From an uncultured Bacteroidales bacterium (GTDB lineage Bacteria; Bacteroidota; Bacteroidia; Bacteroidales; UBA3663), in the NCBI GenBank assembly GCA_905235375.1, contig CAJOLH010000002.1, positions 13,416-77,415 of the forward strand: 64,000 bases of DNA, in the 5' to 3' direction. The position numbers and the translations under genes were made by a program. The notes beneath the pieces are model-generated. The model was given only the letters and a program-made list of their open reading frames with translations, did no database searches and had not been told where the DNA came from. Each line of letters starts with the position of its first letter. The stretch's first letter is position 1. Below are positions 35,203 through 43,356 of this stretch, in pieces.

Positions 35203-36681
35203 TTACCAACAGAAACCTATACCAAACTGGAAATTATTTACGTTATCCTTACAAAAATCTTTGTAATCTCCCGTATATGCCCAGAATGTACGTCGGTAGG
35301 TAAACTTCAAGGCAAATCTAAAATACTTTAGAACAATACCAGCCTCCAAGTCAGCGCCGCCGAAAATATTCTTCTTGGTGTAATCGTCAAGAAATTTATT
35401 ATCAGGAGTAGAATGATAGTCTGAATCGTATTTTTCTTCATCAAAAGAAAGGAAACCTCCATAATGACCGCCAAAACCTGCATGAATATAGATGGGCATC
35501 CAGATATGCCATGTAGGACCAGTGGTAATACAAGCCTCATATTCTAAATTTTCAGGAGATGGAAATTCATCATCGCCTTTCTTTGTCCAACTATTTTCGT
35601 AAATAAATTCCTCATCTTTGTATTCCCCTTGGACATGAGAGGTAAAATGCTCGAAGAAAGATTCATTCGCCATGAGTGTTACATACCAGCCGTTCGTCTT
35701 ATTGTTGTAAAAAGAGCCATAAGTGAATCCAAACATATCATTCTGAGGACTCCATTCAACAATAAATGTACGCGAATGGCTATCCTTGCGAAGACGAGCT
35801 CTACGAACCATTTCCAAACCTTCATTAGCTTGTTTGGTAAACCTGGTACAACCATTATCGATAACCTGATTAAGCATTTGGCTCGCACGGTCGAGATTAC
35901 CTTCGTCCAGTTGTTTCAGTCCCATGTTAATCATAGCTTCACAGTCGCGATCAAAGTTGTGCTGTGCATTATAAAGCGCTTGACGTAATTTGTCATTACC
36001 GTCATAGATAAGGAGTTTGCTATAGGCATTTGCAGATTCATGATATCTAAAGAAATGGTCAGCTTCAACTGCTTGATTATACCAAAGCAGCATTGAGTCG
36101 CACAACTCGATATGATGCAAAATGTTGGCAGTATCATTCAGATATTCGGGGCAGAAGCGGCACAACTCATAGTTATCCTTGGCTTTCTGATACTCGCTAT
36201 TATTGAACGATTCCTGAGCCTTTTCCAGGTAAGTAAAGAATGGACTACGAAGCACAGAATAGGGGTCGCTGACTGTATATTCAAACAACTGTTTGTCCTT
36301 GAGTGGCAATGGCATACGATAGTCCTGGAAACCCGGCACCCTGATTGTCAAACGACGGTTGGAATAGTCTCGACCCGGCTCTTGGGTAATGAACACGATG
36401 CTATAAGTCTTCTTGCCGGCAATCGAATCAACGGTAATGTTCATTTGGTTTTGAGTATCATGCGTAGATTCAAAAGTCAGTCCAAAAGGTTCATGAGTGA
36501 CAAATTGCACCAAAGCTTCATGACGATCGCCACAAGGATAGACACCATAACCAGAAGTCGTTTCCTGTACGTTGAGAAGCTTCAGCTTTTCTTGTCCGAA
36601 CATTGCCATAGTGCTCGTCATCAGCATTGCAATAAGGGCCAATTTATGCTGGGCCGTAAACGAAAATAAAAGTCTTTTCAT
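35203..36681 (-). CDS. Secreted hypothetical protein: N-terminal PEGA-like/TPR-like region plus a C-terminal outer-membrane beta-barrel-like domain (operon gene 5)
   Basis: 492 aa with a signal peptide (...STMAMFGQ). The central helical-repeat region contains NNSEYQKAKDNYELC... and LDEGNLDRASQMLNQVI. The C-terminal third has alternating aromatic/Gly strands and ends ...NNFQFGIGFCW, with the terminal aromatic typical of OM barrels. Confidence 0.65.
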   Translation of the reverse strand: MKRLLFSFTAQHKLALIAMLMTSTMAMFGQEKLKLLNVQETTSGYGVYPCGDRHEALVQFVTHEPFGLTFESTHDTQNQMNITVDSIAGKKTYSIVFITQEPGRDYSNRRLTIRVPGFQDYRMPLPLKDKQLFEYTVSDPYSVLRSPFFTYLEKAQESFNNSEYQKAKDNYELCRFCPEYLNDTANILHHIELCDSMLLWYNQAVEADHFFRYHESANAYSKLLIYDGNDKLRQALYNAQHNFDRDCEAMINMGLKQLDEGNLDRASQMLNQVIDNGCTRFTKQANEGLEMVRRARLRKDSHSRTFIVEWSPQNDMFGFTYGSFYNNKTNGWYVTLMANESFFEHFTSHVQGEYKDEEFIYENSWTKKGDDEFPSPENLEYEACITTGPTWHIWMPIYIHAGFGGHYGGFLSFDEEKYDSDYHSTPDNKFLDDYTKKNIFGGADLEAGIVLKYFRFALKFTYRRTFWAYTGDYKDFCKDNVNNFQFGIGFCW

Positions 36682-36705
36682 AGCTATTGAGTAGTTAATA
36701 TATAT

Positions 36706-37716
36706 TTATTTGATTGTAAAATAATCAAGATTGAATACCTCGTCGCGTTTTATTTCCCTTCCCTCATATTCATTAGGCTGCCACGTGCGAACCTCAATAC
36801 TTGGATTCATGGAATCCTCAAAATTGATCATCAGGAAGAGCCAGCCGACATCCGAATAGGTCGAAGTATTCCAGTATTGCTTAAGGGTTACTCCATAAAT
36901 CTTTTCATGAATGGGATGTTGAATCACCGAAACCTCTTCAAACTTGATGTTGATATAATTGTTCCTGCTGAATATCTTCTGCAACTTGGCGATATATTCC
37001 TTCTTGTTCTGGACCACCAGCTGGTATTGCTGACCGCCTAATCCCTGCAACATTAGATTGGCATCCTTATTACGGTCTTTCTTTCTCAAGATTGTACCCG
37101 TGATGATTAGCGCGTCATCACTATAAACCTGCTTCAGATAACCAAGGTCTTTACGATTGTATGCTGTTCGGAACACCTCAACGAAATCAAGTATCATCTG
37201 TCGACGAACAAGGTCTTCCTCTTTCACGCCATTCACTATGACATTATTATAATTATGCTTTTCAAGCTGCATATTGACCTCGGTAAGATGTCCATTATTG
37301 TCAAACGAGAAAACCATATCCTGAAACAGATTGTCACCTTCGGCACTAAGAACATTCACGGGAATATCACGAAACTGATATCCTCGATTTCCATAAAGGG
37401 TCAAAACATTTCCTTCCACCAGATCTACACTACAGTTGATAGGGCTTTGCTCCCAAAGATCCATGATACTTTTAATCAAAATCTTGTTGTTGGGATCCTT
37501 ATCAGGGAAATGTTCTTTCAACTTATCTTTCAACTTCTTGCCATCTTCCAGTACTGCATCATTGAAAGCTGTGAGCAAACTGGCAGTTTCCTGTTCGATG
37601 TTAGCCTTGGCAGCGGCCGACATCTGACCACTCAAGACCTTTACCTTGACTTGTGCCTGCAAACCCATCACGTAGAAGGGGAGAAGCAACAGAAGGACTG
37701 TTACAATTCTTTTCAT
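36706..37716 (-). CDS. Secreted hypothetical protein, possible NTF2-like C-terminal fold (operon gene 4)
   Basis: 336 aa with a signal peptide (PFYVMGLQA). The segment FVEVFRTAYNRKDLGYLKQVYSDDALIITG resembles the opening helices of NTF2/SnoaL-like folds. The start overlaps the upstream stop by 4 nt. Confidence 0.6.
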   Translation of the reverse strand: MKRIVTVLLLLLPFYVMGLQAQVKVKVLSGQMSAAAKANIEQETASLLTAFNDAVLEDGKKLKDKLKEHFPDKDPNNKILIKSIMDLWEQSPINCSVDLVEGNVLTLYGNRGYQFRDIPVNVLSAEGDNLFQDMVFSFDNNGHLTEVNMQLEKHNYNNVIVNGVKEEDLVRRQMILDFVEVFRTAYNRKDLGYLKQVYSDDALIITGTILRKKDRNKDANLMLQGLGGQQYQLVVQNKKEYIAKLQKIFSRNNYINIKFEEVSVIQHPIHEKIYGVTLKQYWNTSTYSDVGWLFLMINFEDSMNPSIEVRTWQPNEYEGREIKRDEVFNLDYFTIK

Positions 37717-38882
37717 TTTCTTAAATAAGGTATTTCGTTAATAATCTTGTTTCTATTCTTAGAGTTGTCTTTCCCATTAGGGAGATATTCCTCAAAAAGG
37801 GAATAGACATTATGTTGCGGTGTATTGGTGTATAGCAGGGCTGAGAGTGTGGTCGGCTTCTCGGTACCTAATTGGTCGATAGGAATACTCAAGAGCAACA
37901 TGTGGATAAATTCAAACGAGGTATTGCGTAGGATAAGAATACCTGTCAACATTCCTTTCTCAGGCATATATTGGGCTGCTGCAAAATGATCCATCATTCC
38001 TTCATCTTTAAGTCCCGCTAACAAAGTGGGCCAGCTGCAAGTCCACGTTTCATAATGACGGCCATATTGACAATGTGTCACTTCTATAGTCAGCCCCTTG
38101 GGCAGTATATTTCCAAGCAGAAGGTTTTTGACCGATTCCTTCGGATGTTCAGGAGTCCACAAAGCAACTATTGAACTATCTTCCAAAATTTTATAGTAGC
38201 CATCGGCACAAAGTGAATCTATATAGAAGACTTCACCTATCGTATGCCATACATTTTGATTCTGTGTCGCAAACAACTGGTTATAAGAGGGCAATGGATT
38301 CACTGATGCTTTCCCCGTAAAGTTCTGCAGTCTTTTCGATTGCCGCTCATCCTCTTCTTTCTTGTCAGTACCGTAAATCAGTTCCCGATCCTTTGGAATA
38401 TAAAGCAGCAAGGTTGTTTCCGGCTGGCTTCCCGAAATAAAAATCCTGTAGCGATTATTGTCTTCGAAGACTTGAACACCCTTCACATTCTTCAAGATTG
38501 GATATGCCTTTGCAAATGTCTTGAACGGTACTGTGCCGTATGGACATGCCTCTAAGAAGACTCGAACACCATTCTCTTGAATCCATTTGTAGCGTCGTTG
38601 TTCAGACCCATGGAGTACGATTCGCAGCACGATGCGCTCTACGCCACGCCAAAGGTAAGGATTCAAGGCTTGCTGCATCGTGTCGCTGAAGATGGCAACA
38701 CCAATATGACTAAGTTGTCCGTCTGCATCGCGCTCTTCACGAATAGGCAGGTCAGTCTTGAATGTCTGACGCAGTTCCTTTAGTCGCTGTATCTCAAGCG
38801 ACTCTTCGGCGAAAACGTTACCGATAAGTGCTTGTATAGTGACAATCAAAACTGCAAGCAGTCTTCGCATATCAGTATTCAC
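37713..38882 (-). CDS. Secreted hypothetical protein (operon gene 3)
   Basis: 389 aa with a signal peptide (IQALIGNVFA). I recognised no motif. The start overlaps the upstream stop by 4 nt. Confidence 0.6.
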   Translation of the reverse strand: MNTDMRRLLAVLIVTIQALIGNVFAEESLEIQRLKELRQTFKTDLPIREERDADGQLSHIGVAIFSDTMQQALNPYLWRGVERIVLRIVLHGSEQRRYKWIQENGVRVFLEACPYGTVPFKTFAKAYPILKNVKGVQVFEDNNRYRIFISGSQPETTLLLYIPKDRELIYGTDKKEEDERQSKRLQNFTGKASVNPLPSYNQLFATQNQNVWHTIGEVFYIDSLCADGYYKILEDSSIVALWTPEHPKESVKNLLLGNILPKGLTIEVTHCQYGRHYETWTCSWPTLLAGLKDEGMMDHFAAAQYMPEKGMLTGILILRNTSFEFIHMLLLSIPIDQLGTEKPTTLSALLYTNTPQHNVYSLFEEYLPNGKDNSKNRNKIINEIPYLRK

Positions 38883-40966
38883 TTTTCGTTAATTTTATAA
38901 CCATAGGAAAGAAGAACTGGTATCCAGGCATCATACTCTGCTTGAACGGCAAGATTCTTGCATTCGATTGACTTTTCAAAATTGTAGTCTAAACCATGGT
39001 GTTTGCCATTTGCGCAACAATAAGCTCTTGACAATTCTTCAAAAGCTCTTGGGCAACCCATCTCTGCCGCGCGTGTAGTGTGCTCGATATATGAACGATA
39101 ATCGTTCTTCAGCCAATAATAATGACCAAGATCCAACTCAGCATAGGAATTTCCCGCATCAGCTGCCTGATTAAGCCACATCGTTGCTTCGTCCAAATTC
39201 CTCTTGTCGGGCTGACACCATAATAATAGATGTCCTAACTGTTGGATGCTATGCAAGTCGCCCCTGATTGCTCCCTGCCGATAATAATGGGCAGCACTAT
39301 CTACCATCATCGGAGTGAGACTACTACTTAAGTCGCCATCCTCATCCCATCCCATCGAATTAGTTCTCACATACATATCGCCCTTGAGACCGTACCATCG
39401 TGCATCATTCTGGTCTTTTAGGCTTTGCATCCAATATTCCGACGATTTGAGATATTTCCTGCGCGTTGCTGTGCTATGTTCCCCATACTCGTATGCTTCG
39501 TAGAAATAATAACTTGCCAACCAAGCCTTTGCATTTGGGTCGGAAACAACAGTCGCCAGATGTGTCATCGTCTGAATGGCCTTGTTTTCATTTCGCTTCA
39601 CTCCAATACCAAATTGATAAAGGATGGCGAGAGGATAACTTCTGCCTATATACCTTTGCGCATCTTCATTAACCCTCATAAAAATATTCTGCGCCTCATA
39701 GTCATTTCGATAATCGACCTGCTCGGGCATTTCATATTTTGCATAAGTGTCAGGTGCACGATATAGATAAATCTTCTGATTCTGGCCTCTGCGCGTACGC
39801 ATATAACCATTGGAATTGATATTGTTTCTGACATTGCCGAGATTACACTCCAAGACATTCGGACTTACGAGTTTGCAATCAAACGTATATTCCACAGTGG
39901 TGGTAATGCTTTTCCCTGAGCTTAACAGATTAGATGCCTGATCGTTGTCTTGATCCGGATCTGAAGGTGAATCGTTGAACGGAAGTAGATGAGCTATGTT
40001 CGAAACAAGATTGCGTGTCCATTTCAAAAGATTTTTGCTCTGGTCATATTCTTCATCAATGGAAAAAACAAAACTAATCAAATTGCCATTTGTCTTACCC
40101 TCAGCTTCTTCGTTGACAATCACAAAACGCATATCATTTAACAGACGTACACGTTTCATGTAGTTCATCTTCTGGGTCTGTATCGCTTGAATGTAACGCG
40201 ACTCACAGACGATTCCCGATTGATCGGAAATCGAAATGAGATACGTTCCATTGTCGGTTCGCTTGAAACGGAAGATCCACATCTCGCGACCATCTTCAAT
40301 ACAGTTATCACTCACCCAACGTCCCGTGAGGTCAGAATTGGCCGAAGCGGGAATCGTCGTATTCATGTTGAGTTTTGGCAATTCCAGCCCGTAATGTCTA
40401 AGGAAACTGAAACCTTGATAAGGTTTTAATGGGGTTTCTTCAATATTTTTTTGCAGAGGAAATGTGTTGGCAGCAGCTCTTGCTTCCTCATCAGTTGTTA
40501 TCACAGGCACAGCATCCTGAATGGCAAGTTCCCTCTGGCTATCCTGTTCCTCCAAGTCATCAAAATGGTTGATTTTCAGCAAATCCTCAAGTTCTCTTAA
40601 TCTATTTCGTGGTTCAACAATTTTCTCCGAGTCATATTCCAAGGTGAGATATTTTCGATAGAAATAGATTGCACTGGCAAGAGCTTCTGGATTATGTAAG
40701 CGATCATACATGTCTTCATAAATATGTGCCTTCCGAAGATAAGGTGCCGGGTATCCGGGCGATAACTCAATAACGACATCAATAGCCGCCAACGCATCGT
40801 CAAAATTATTTTTGCGCATGAACATTTCTGCCCTCATGAACTGAAGATTCACTTGTGAACGTGTCACTTGTCCATAAGCAATATCTTCCGTCAATTGGGA
40901 TAGGAACGATAGCAATATCATTCCCTGTATCAATAGAAAACGTCTTATGCAACTATCTATTTTCAT
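38879..40966 (-). CDS. Secreted TPR / Sel1-repeat protein (operon gene 2)
   Basis: 695 aa with an N-terminal hydrophobic signal. A TPR-like segment (FMRAEMFMRKNNFDDALAAIDVVIELSPGYPAPYLRKAHIY) is followed by an unknown middle domain. The C-terminus has Sel1-like repeats (AAHYYRQGAIRGDLHSIQQLGHLLLW; ATMWLNQAADAGNSYAELDLGHYYW; TTRAAEMGCPRAFEELSRAY). Confidence 0.7.
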   Translation of the reverse strand: MKIDSCIRRFLLIQGMILLSFLSQLTEDIAYGQVTRSQVNLQFMRAEMFMRKNNFDDALAAIDVVIELSPGYPAPYLRKAHIYEDMYDRLHNPEALASAIYFYRKYLTLEYDSEKIVEPRNRLRELEDLLKINHFDDLEEQDSQRELAIQDAVPVITTDEEARAAANTFPLQKNIEETPLKPYQGFSFLRHYGLELPKLNMNTTIPASANSDLTGRWVSDNCIEDGREMWIFRFKRTDNGTYLISISDQSGIVCESRYIQAIQTQKMNYMKRVRLLNDMRFVIVNEEAEGKTNGNLISFVFSIDEEYDQSKNLLKWTRNLVSNIAHLLPFNDSPSDPDQDNDQASNLLSSGKSITTTVEYTFDCKLVSPNVLECNLGNVRNNINSNGYMRTRRGQNQKIYLYRAPDTYAKYEMPEQVDYRNDYEAQNIFMRVNEDAQRYIGRSYPLAILYQFGIGVKRNENKAIQTMTHLATVVSDPNAKAWLASYYFYEAYEYGEHSTATRRKYLKSSEYWMQSLKDQNDARWYGLKGDMYVRTNSMGWDEDGDLSSSLTPMMVDSAAHYYRQGAIRGDLHSIQQLGHLLLWCQPDKRNLDEATMWLNQAADAGNSYAELDLGHYYWLKNDYRSYIEHTTRAAEMGCPRAFEELSRAYCCANGKHHGLDYNFEKSIECKNLAVQAEYDAWIPVLLSYGYKINEK

Positions 40967-40978
40967 CCAATTAAGAAA

Positions 40979-42337
40979 CTATAGACTGTAAATTACCTTG
41001 CGCTTGTCATAGTTCATTTTACTGACCTTGTTATTCAATCCTGTCTTCATTCGACGAAGGTTCAACAACATTGCATTCTTACGCAATAGTGCAGAATCAA
41101 CATTGTCAGGAACAAACAATCTCATGTCTTTCTTTTCATCTTTCTCAAGCAAAGCAAGCGAACGATGGTCTTTAACGGTTACAACCATGCTGCTCGAATA
41201 ATATTGCATTGGGTATTTCCCTTGTGTGGGAGTGCCATCAGCCAGAATATCGCAACTAACGTCAATCTCAATGTCGGAATTCTTTTTGTCCGTCACCCTT
41301 TTGTATCCATTAGCGTCCATGATGCTTGATAATGTGTCACCAATGAACTTAAAGTCGTCATCCGACAGGTTAAGATAATAGAATGGGGTAGGATCGAACG
41401 AAAATAGTGACATCTGTGCAGTATGTAATTGTTCCATCAGGCGCAGAGGCAGTTCTCCCGAAAAAATATGCTTCGGAAGGTCGAGGAGCGATTGCTTGTT
41501 CAAGCTAACCGTAACAATAGCCTTGTCCGTTTTAGGTGCTTCTGTGACATGAAGCTTGGCAATGCCCTCAGCGTTCGTCATTTTCACATGATTCACCTTT
41601 CCTCCATCACTGACAGTGAATGAGACAGGCAATCCCTGAACGGGTTGTCCGTTATAGGTGGCTTTTGCAAAGATTTCGACAGGAACATCCTCGCCTGGTA
41701 CCATCGGGCACGACTTCTTTTCAAACGTCCAATAGATACTATCCATGCTATGCAGATAGCCTTGATGCAAGACTTCTACCAAGTCGAAATCGTGATAAAC
41801 TATCTGTTTATGCAAAATGGGCACCAGATTCTGGAGAGCATGACAATACACTTCTGCAGCGTTGAACAACTCACCTGTCCGTTTTAACTCTTCAGCTCGT
41901 GTAGCCATCGAATCCACGAGAACTACTATAGCGGAATAGACCGAATCGCAGAATAAGCGATAATCATGTTCTGAAATTTCACAATAAATGTAGCTCTGAT
42001 CATCTGTCACATGCGTCTTGACCGATTTGAAGAATGCGCTGTTTTCGGCGATCTTTACTAACGAAGAATGTTGCTCCACTGGCGCTTGGCCTTTCTCAAT
42101 CAATGAATACTGGTAGGAACCTTCTTCCGAACGTCCGGAGGTCTTTTGACTAACTAAAATGTTTACTGCATTATGACGAGCTTCTTCAAGCGTACTGCCC
42201 GAGGCAACAGCTCTCGTAATCGTGGCAGTGGAAATTGGATTGGTAGTAGCCCATTTAGGTAGCGGTTTGTACTGACAAACAGCTATCACAGGCATCATAC
42301 TGAATAGAAAAAATGAAAATAATAATTTATTTATCAT
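40979..42337 (-). CDS. Lipoprotein with an LPP20-like N-terminal region and a central Ig-like (Big_1-like) domain (operon gene 1)
   Basis: 452 aa from ATG 42337 (MINKLLFSFFLFSMMPVIAVCQ, a lipobox-like Cys). The track's TTG start at 42364 falls inside the predicted -7 box. The central VPGEDVPVEIFAKATYNGQPVQGLPVSFTVSDGGKVNHVKMTNAEGIAKLHV resembles an invasin/Big_1 domain. Confidence 0.65.
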   Translation of the reverse strand: MINKLLFSFFLFSMMPVIAVCQYKPLPKWATTNPISTATITRAVASGSTLEEARHNAVNILVSQKTSGRSEEGSYQYSLIEKGQAPVEQHSSLVKIAENSAFFKSVKTHVTDDQSYIYCEISEHDYRLFCDSVYSAIVVLVDSMATRAEELKRTGELFNAAEVYCHALQNLVPILHKQIVYHDFDLVEVLHQGYLHSMDSIYWTFEKKSCPMVPGEDVPVEIFAKATYNGQPVQGLPVSFTVSDGGKVNHVKMTNAEGIAKLHVTEAPKTDKAIVTVSLNKQSLLDLPKHIFSGELPLRLMEQLHTAQMSLFSFDPTPFYYLNLSDDDFKFIGDTLSSIMDANGYKRVTDKKNSDIEIDVSCDILADGTPTQGKYPMQYYSSSMVVTVKDHRSLALLEKDEKKDMRLFVPDNVDSALLRKNAMLLNLRRMKTGLNNKVSKMNYDKRKVIYSL

Positions 42338-42361
42338 CTTGAATATATATTTAAAGCGGCA

Positions 42362-42369
42362 CAAAGATA
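42362..42369 (-). promoter_or_regulatory. -7 box TATCTTTG (minus strand) for the five-gene operon
   Basis: The plus strand reads CAAAGATA at 42362-42369, 25 nt upstream of ATG 42337. Confidence 0.45.
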
Positions 42370-42630
42370 CTGCTTTTTTTAAAATAAAACTAATTAAAAG
42401 TGAAAAATATGAAAAATTATTGTTTTTTTACTATTCAACTTGCAAAAAATAGTTGTTTTATAACGATATTTTCTTAATAGTTCAAAGTATTTCTTATTGA
42501 AATATTTCCACTAATAACATATTTAATTCATGAATCCACATAGCTCTATATAGACATAGAAAGATTTTCTCATTAATTCTTACGCTAATCATTATTGACC
42601 GTTTATTAACCCTTACAAATTCAATTTTTA

Positions 42631-42640
42631 CCCCCCCCCC
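42631..42640. repeat. Homopolymeric C10 tract in an AT-rich divergent intergenic region
   Basis: TTTTTA-CCCCCCCCCC-ATTTG, read directly from the sequence. Confidence 0.95.
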
Positions 42641-42794
42641 ATTTGTTAAAAATGTTTAAATAATTTTAGATTTTGCTGTTTGAGATTGCTAAATAAATAA
42701 AATAGGCATACTTTTGCGACAAATTAAAACAAAATATACAGATTTGATTAAGAATTGTAACTTGCAAACACCTTTTTAATAACTTTCTTCTAAT

Positions 42795-43130
42795 ATGGAT
42801 GATCTCATACTACGCATCGAAACTATCATGAATGAAGAGTTGTTGTTTAGGAACCCGGAACTCACCATCCGTGATGTTGCGAGAGAACTTGCCACCAATC
42901 GCTTCTACATTTCGAGGGCTATCAACACGCATTTTGGCTATTCTTTTACCGTTTACATCAATCGAAAGCGCATTGAGTATTCCATTACGTTAATGTCTGA
43001 ATTTCCCATGAAGACAATGGATAGCATAGCTACCGAGTCGGGTTTTCTCTCTGAAAAAGCATTCTTCCAAAAGTTCCGGCAAGTCATGAACGATTCGCCC
43101 CGATCATATATGAAGAAACTAAAGCCTTGA
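42795..43130 (+). CDS. AraC/XylS-type helix-turn-helix protein, DNA-binding domain only
   Basis: 111 aa. LTIRDVARELATNRFYISRAINTHFGYSFTVYINRKRIEY...MDSIATESGFLSEKAFFQKFRQVMNDSPRSY is a dual-HTH AraC C-terminal domain with no sensor domain. TACTTTTG at 42709-42716 is a candidate -7 box. Confidence 0.7.
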   Translation: MDDLILRIETIMNEELLFRNPELTIRDVARELATNRFYISRAINTHFGYSFTVYINRKRIEYSITLMSEFPMKTMDSIATESGFLSEKAFFQKFRQVMNDSPRSYMKKLKP

Positions 43131-43152
43131 CCGATTTGGCCAAGGCTTTTTT
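43122..43152. terminator. Rho-independent terminator overlapping the AraC-like stop codon
   Basis: Stem AAGCCTTG / CAAGGCTT (about 43123-43148), followed by TTTTTT (43147-43152). Confidence 0.6.
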
Positions 43153-43168
43153 ATTCAGTATAATTAAA

Positions 43169-43330
43169 TTAATCTTCATCATCCCAGATGCCATTGCGGC
43201 GCTTGCCCCATTGCTGACCTTCATCTGCAGATTTATCACTTACACTTAGCGTAGGACCTGAAGTAGCAATGATCTCAACAGACCCTAAACGGATGAACTG
43301 TAAAGCTGGGGTAATATATATCTTTTTCAT
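43169..43330 (-). CDS. Small ORF (53 aa) immediately downstream of the C10 protease gene
   Basis: Not in the ORF track because it is under 60 aa; I translated it by hand: MKKIYITPALQFIRLGSVEIIATSGPTLSVSDKSADEGQQWGKRRNGIWDDED. It is on the same strand as the C10 gene, 26 nt after its stop. I recognised no motif. Confidence 0.35.
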   Translation of the reverse strand: MKKIYITPALQFIRLGSVEIIATSGPTLSVSDKSADEGQQWGKRRNGIWDDED

Positions 43331-43356
43331 AATGTAATACTTATCATTGTGTTAGA

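Noticed and set aside
42338-42364. TTG start (42364) for the first gene of the five-gene operon, and similarly TTG 56354 for the HU-like gene and ATG 24576 for susC
   Set aside because: The upstream alternative starts fall inside or upstream of predicted -7 boxes, or add non-signal-peptide residues. The internal ATGs (42337, 56378, 24546) give canonical N-termini.
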